Assembly (NCBI GenBank): GCA_043228905.1
Contig: JBHGNT010000005.1
Coordinates: 7,564,001-7,628,000, forward strand
Source of the DNA: Azolla caroliniana
Lineage: Eukaryota; Plantae; Polypodiophyta
Direction: 5' to 3'
DNA length: 64,000 bases
In this document: positions 61,901-64,000 of the stretch, one piece after another
How positions within the stretch are numbered: the stretch's first letter is position 1
Layout: every line of letters begins with the position of its first letter
Made by a program: the position numbers and the translations under genes
The notes under the pieces: generated by a model
The model's input: only the letters and a program-made list of their open reading frames with translations
Database searches by the model: none
What the model was told of the DNA's origin: nothing

Positions 61901-64000
61901 TCAAGCCTGCTCGGTTCTGAGGCATGACTGGGGGTCGAGGGTATACGTGGCCGAACTCATGGAGCACACGGGCAATTTCACGAAATAACATATCTTCGCC
62001 GCCCTGTGTCCTGTAGCCCTTGTTGGCGAGAGAGTACTCACCGAAATATTTGATGAGTTGCTCGGAGGTAGGATTGTCGATCGTGTAGATGCCTCCCTCC
62101 GGAAGGCCTATTAACGCACGGATCGCCTCCTCCGTGATCACCTCTGTGTCGATTTCTTTGATAATCTTTTCGGTCTCCTTGTGTGGCGCCGCCTCCATGA
62201 TTGTTAAAAAACCCTCCAGTCCGTGCTGCTGTAGCCATTTCTTGGCGGCTTCCGACAACGTTTGGCAGTCCATCTCTGCATCGAGGTCGGAGAGCGTTGG
62301 CGAGGTTTGGTGGTGGGGAGAGTGTGAGAGAGAAATTTTTGAGGGAGGGGGTTCTTTGTGTGCGAGCTCTCTGCGATTGATCTTCACGCGTCTGTCTGCG
62401 TCTGTTCTCCTTGGTTCGCGATAGGAGAAGGTCTCGATGCGTGGGGGTTTTTCTCTCTCCATCTTGGCGCCTTTTTCGAGCCTCCGCATGTGCAGGTCGT
62501 GTACTATAATAGCATTGTGTGCCATGTGCCGGTGGTTTAATGTCCTATTCATAGCCCCTCGTACCTTTTTGACGTGCCTCTTTACTCCTCGTTTGCATGG
62601 CCGTTTCCACCACTCCTTTTCATGATTTATTTGATTCCATTCGATTTTTACTTACTTTTTTTTTTTTTTTTTTTAAGATTAATTGTGTGGTTAATTTTTC
62701 TCCGGTTCTGTTGGACCCTTACCCGAAATGCGCACCTTGCCAGCCTCTTGACGGTTTGCCGTCGTTATGCTTTCCCCGGTTTCCGGCTCGTACTCCCCCT
62801 TACCGGCTTGGTGGTAGCCGTTTTCCTCACGGGTTGCCGTCGTGGTTGGCCTGCCGGCGTCTAATTCGGTGGCGATCCTTCATGCAAATGGGTTCTTGGG
62901 CATAGGTCCTTTGTATGGCTTTAGTCTAAATCCGTTGACCCATTTACCCTGCACTTCGCCAACAAGTGTCCCTAACTGGTAGGATCCATTGAAGTCGCGT
63001 GTGATCTAGTACGGTCCGGTCCATCTAAATCGTAGTTTGCCTGGCATTTTACCCATCCGGGTCTGGAACACTAGTACCGGCTTGCCAATTTCGAACATTT
63101 CTTGTTTCCCTTCCGGTGCCGATCTACAAACGCTTTCCGTCGCCGTTGTTCCAATTCCAGGTGCATGATGCTCGCCAATCGGTGTTCCTCTAGTTCACAC
63201 AGAGCCTTTAACCTAATTGCCTCCGATTCTTTTTCATTGAGTCGTTCCCGAATCTGAATCCGTAAGCTCGGTACCTGGAATTCGACCGGCATGACTGCCT
63301 CTAATCCGAATGCTAACCGGAACGACGTTGTTCGGATGCTTGTTTTGTACGATGTCCGGTAAGCCCAGAGCGCACTGTGCAGCTTCGTGTCCCAATCTGT
63401 CTGATTTTCATTGACGATCTTGCGCAGGATATTCTGTAGCGTTTTGTTTGTTGACTCCGCTAATCCGTTGGCTTGTGGGAGTACGGGGTGCTCCGTTTAT
63501 GTACTACCGCATAGAATGACGTCAAGCTCTCCACTACCTATCCTAGAAAGTGCCCTCCTTGGTCGCTTATCAGCTCTATTGGGCATCCATACCAGCACCA
63601 AATGCATTCATATAAGAATTTTTCCATCGATGTCGCGATGTTATCTCGTAAGGCTTTGGCTTCCACCCATTTAATGCAGTAGTCCGTCGCGACGATAACA
63701 TATCGGTTGCCAGTTCTCATTGCCGGTGGTTTAAATGCTCCGACAAAATCCAGACCCCATTTTTGAAATGGTTCTAGCGATAGTACTGGCTGGTGCGGCA
63801 TCCTAGCTTGCTCCGTTGGCTGGCATAGATCACACTCTTTTGCGTACCGGACTGCGTCTTTCAATGTAGTCAGCCACCATAGCTCACTTTGCCATATCTT
63901 CCTTGCCGTAGCATCCCCGGCATAATGGCCTCCGGCGACTCCGCAGTGTGCTTCCCGTAGTATTACCTCTTTCTCGTCGCTGTGCACCGCTTGTCGCCAT
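58941..64000 (-). mobile_element. Athila/Tat-like non-chromovirus Gypsy: integrase, long extra 3' ORF, putative 3' LTR ~58941-59329
   Basis: HCGVAGGH..CDLC, FQKWGLDFVG, KWVEAKAL, ISDQG, VNGFRLKPY; putative LTR tgtcttaaa...tttaagac (boundary uncertain). Confidence 0.85.
59468..62552 (-). pseudogene. Extra ORF 3' of integrase (~1000 codons, broken); plant-transposon-protein-like N-terminus, long coiled coil, Q/P-rich and acidic tail
   Basis: Consecutive minus-strand ORFs 62552-61824, 61869-61537, 61323-61066, 60972-60391, 60384-59704, then ...QQPQQQQHILDEPLEILEQSILDILDEA* ending at 59468. Confidence 0.7.

Overview
Eukaryotic land-plant nuclear DNA (a seed-free lineage such as a fern or lycophyte is my inference from TE and gene styles, not proven). 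Three zones. (1) 1-28.4 kb is a nested retrotransposon block: a decayed L1-type LINE, Copia pieces, a GC-rich non-chromovirus Gypsy pol, a chromovirus, hAT MITEs and several copies of a gag-only LTR family. (2) 31.5-53 kb is a gene island: UBC8-class E2, 13-exon FEI-like LRR-RLK, intronless U-box protein and a rhomboid-like gene. (3) 55.6-64 kb is another LTR block. Best leads: the gag-only LTR family, whose LTRs carry an antisense tRNA-like Pol III A/B-box cassette and repeated hairpins, with a tRNA-Trp PBS and 4-bp ACGT target duplications; a UBC gene that lacks the usual introns but has one intron containing degenerate copies of its own exon 2; and a rhomboid lacking its catalytic His. Coordinates were counted by eye and no database searches were run.
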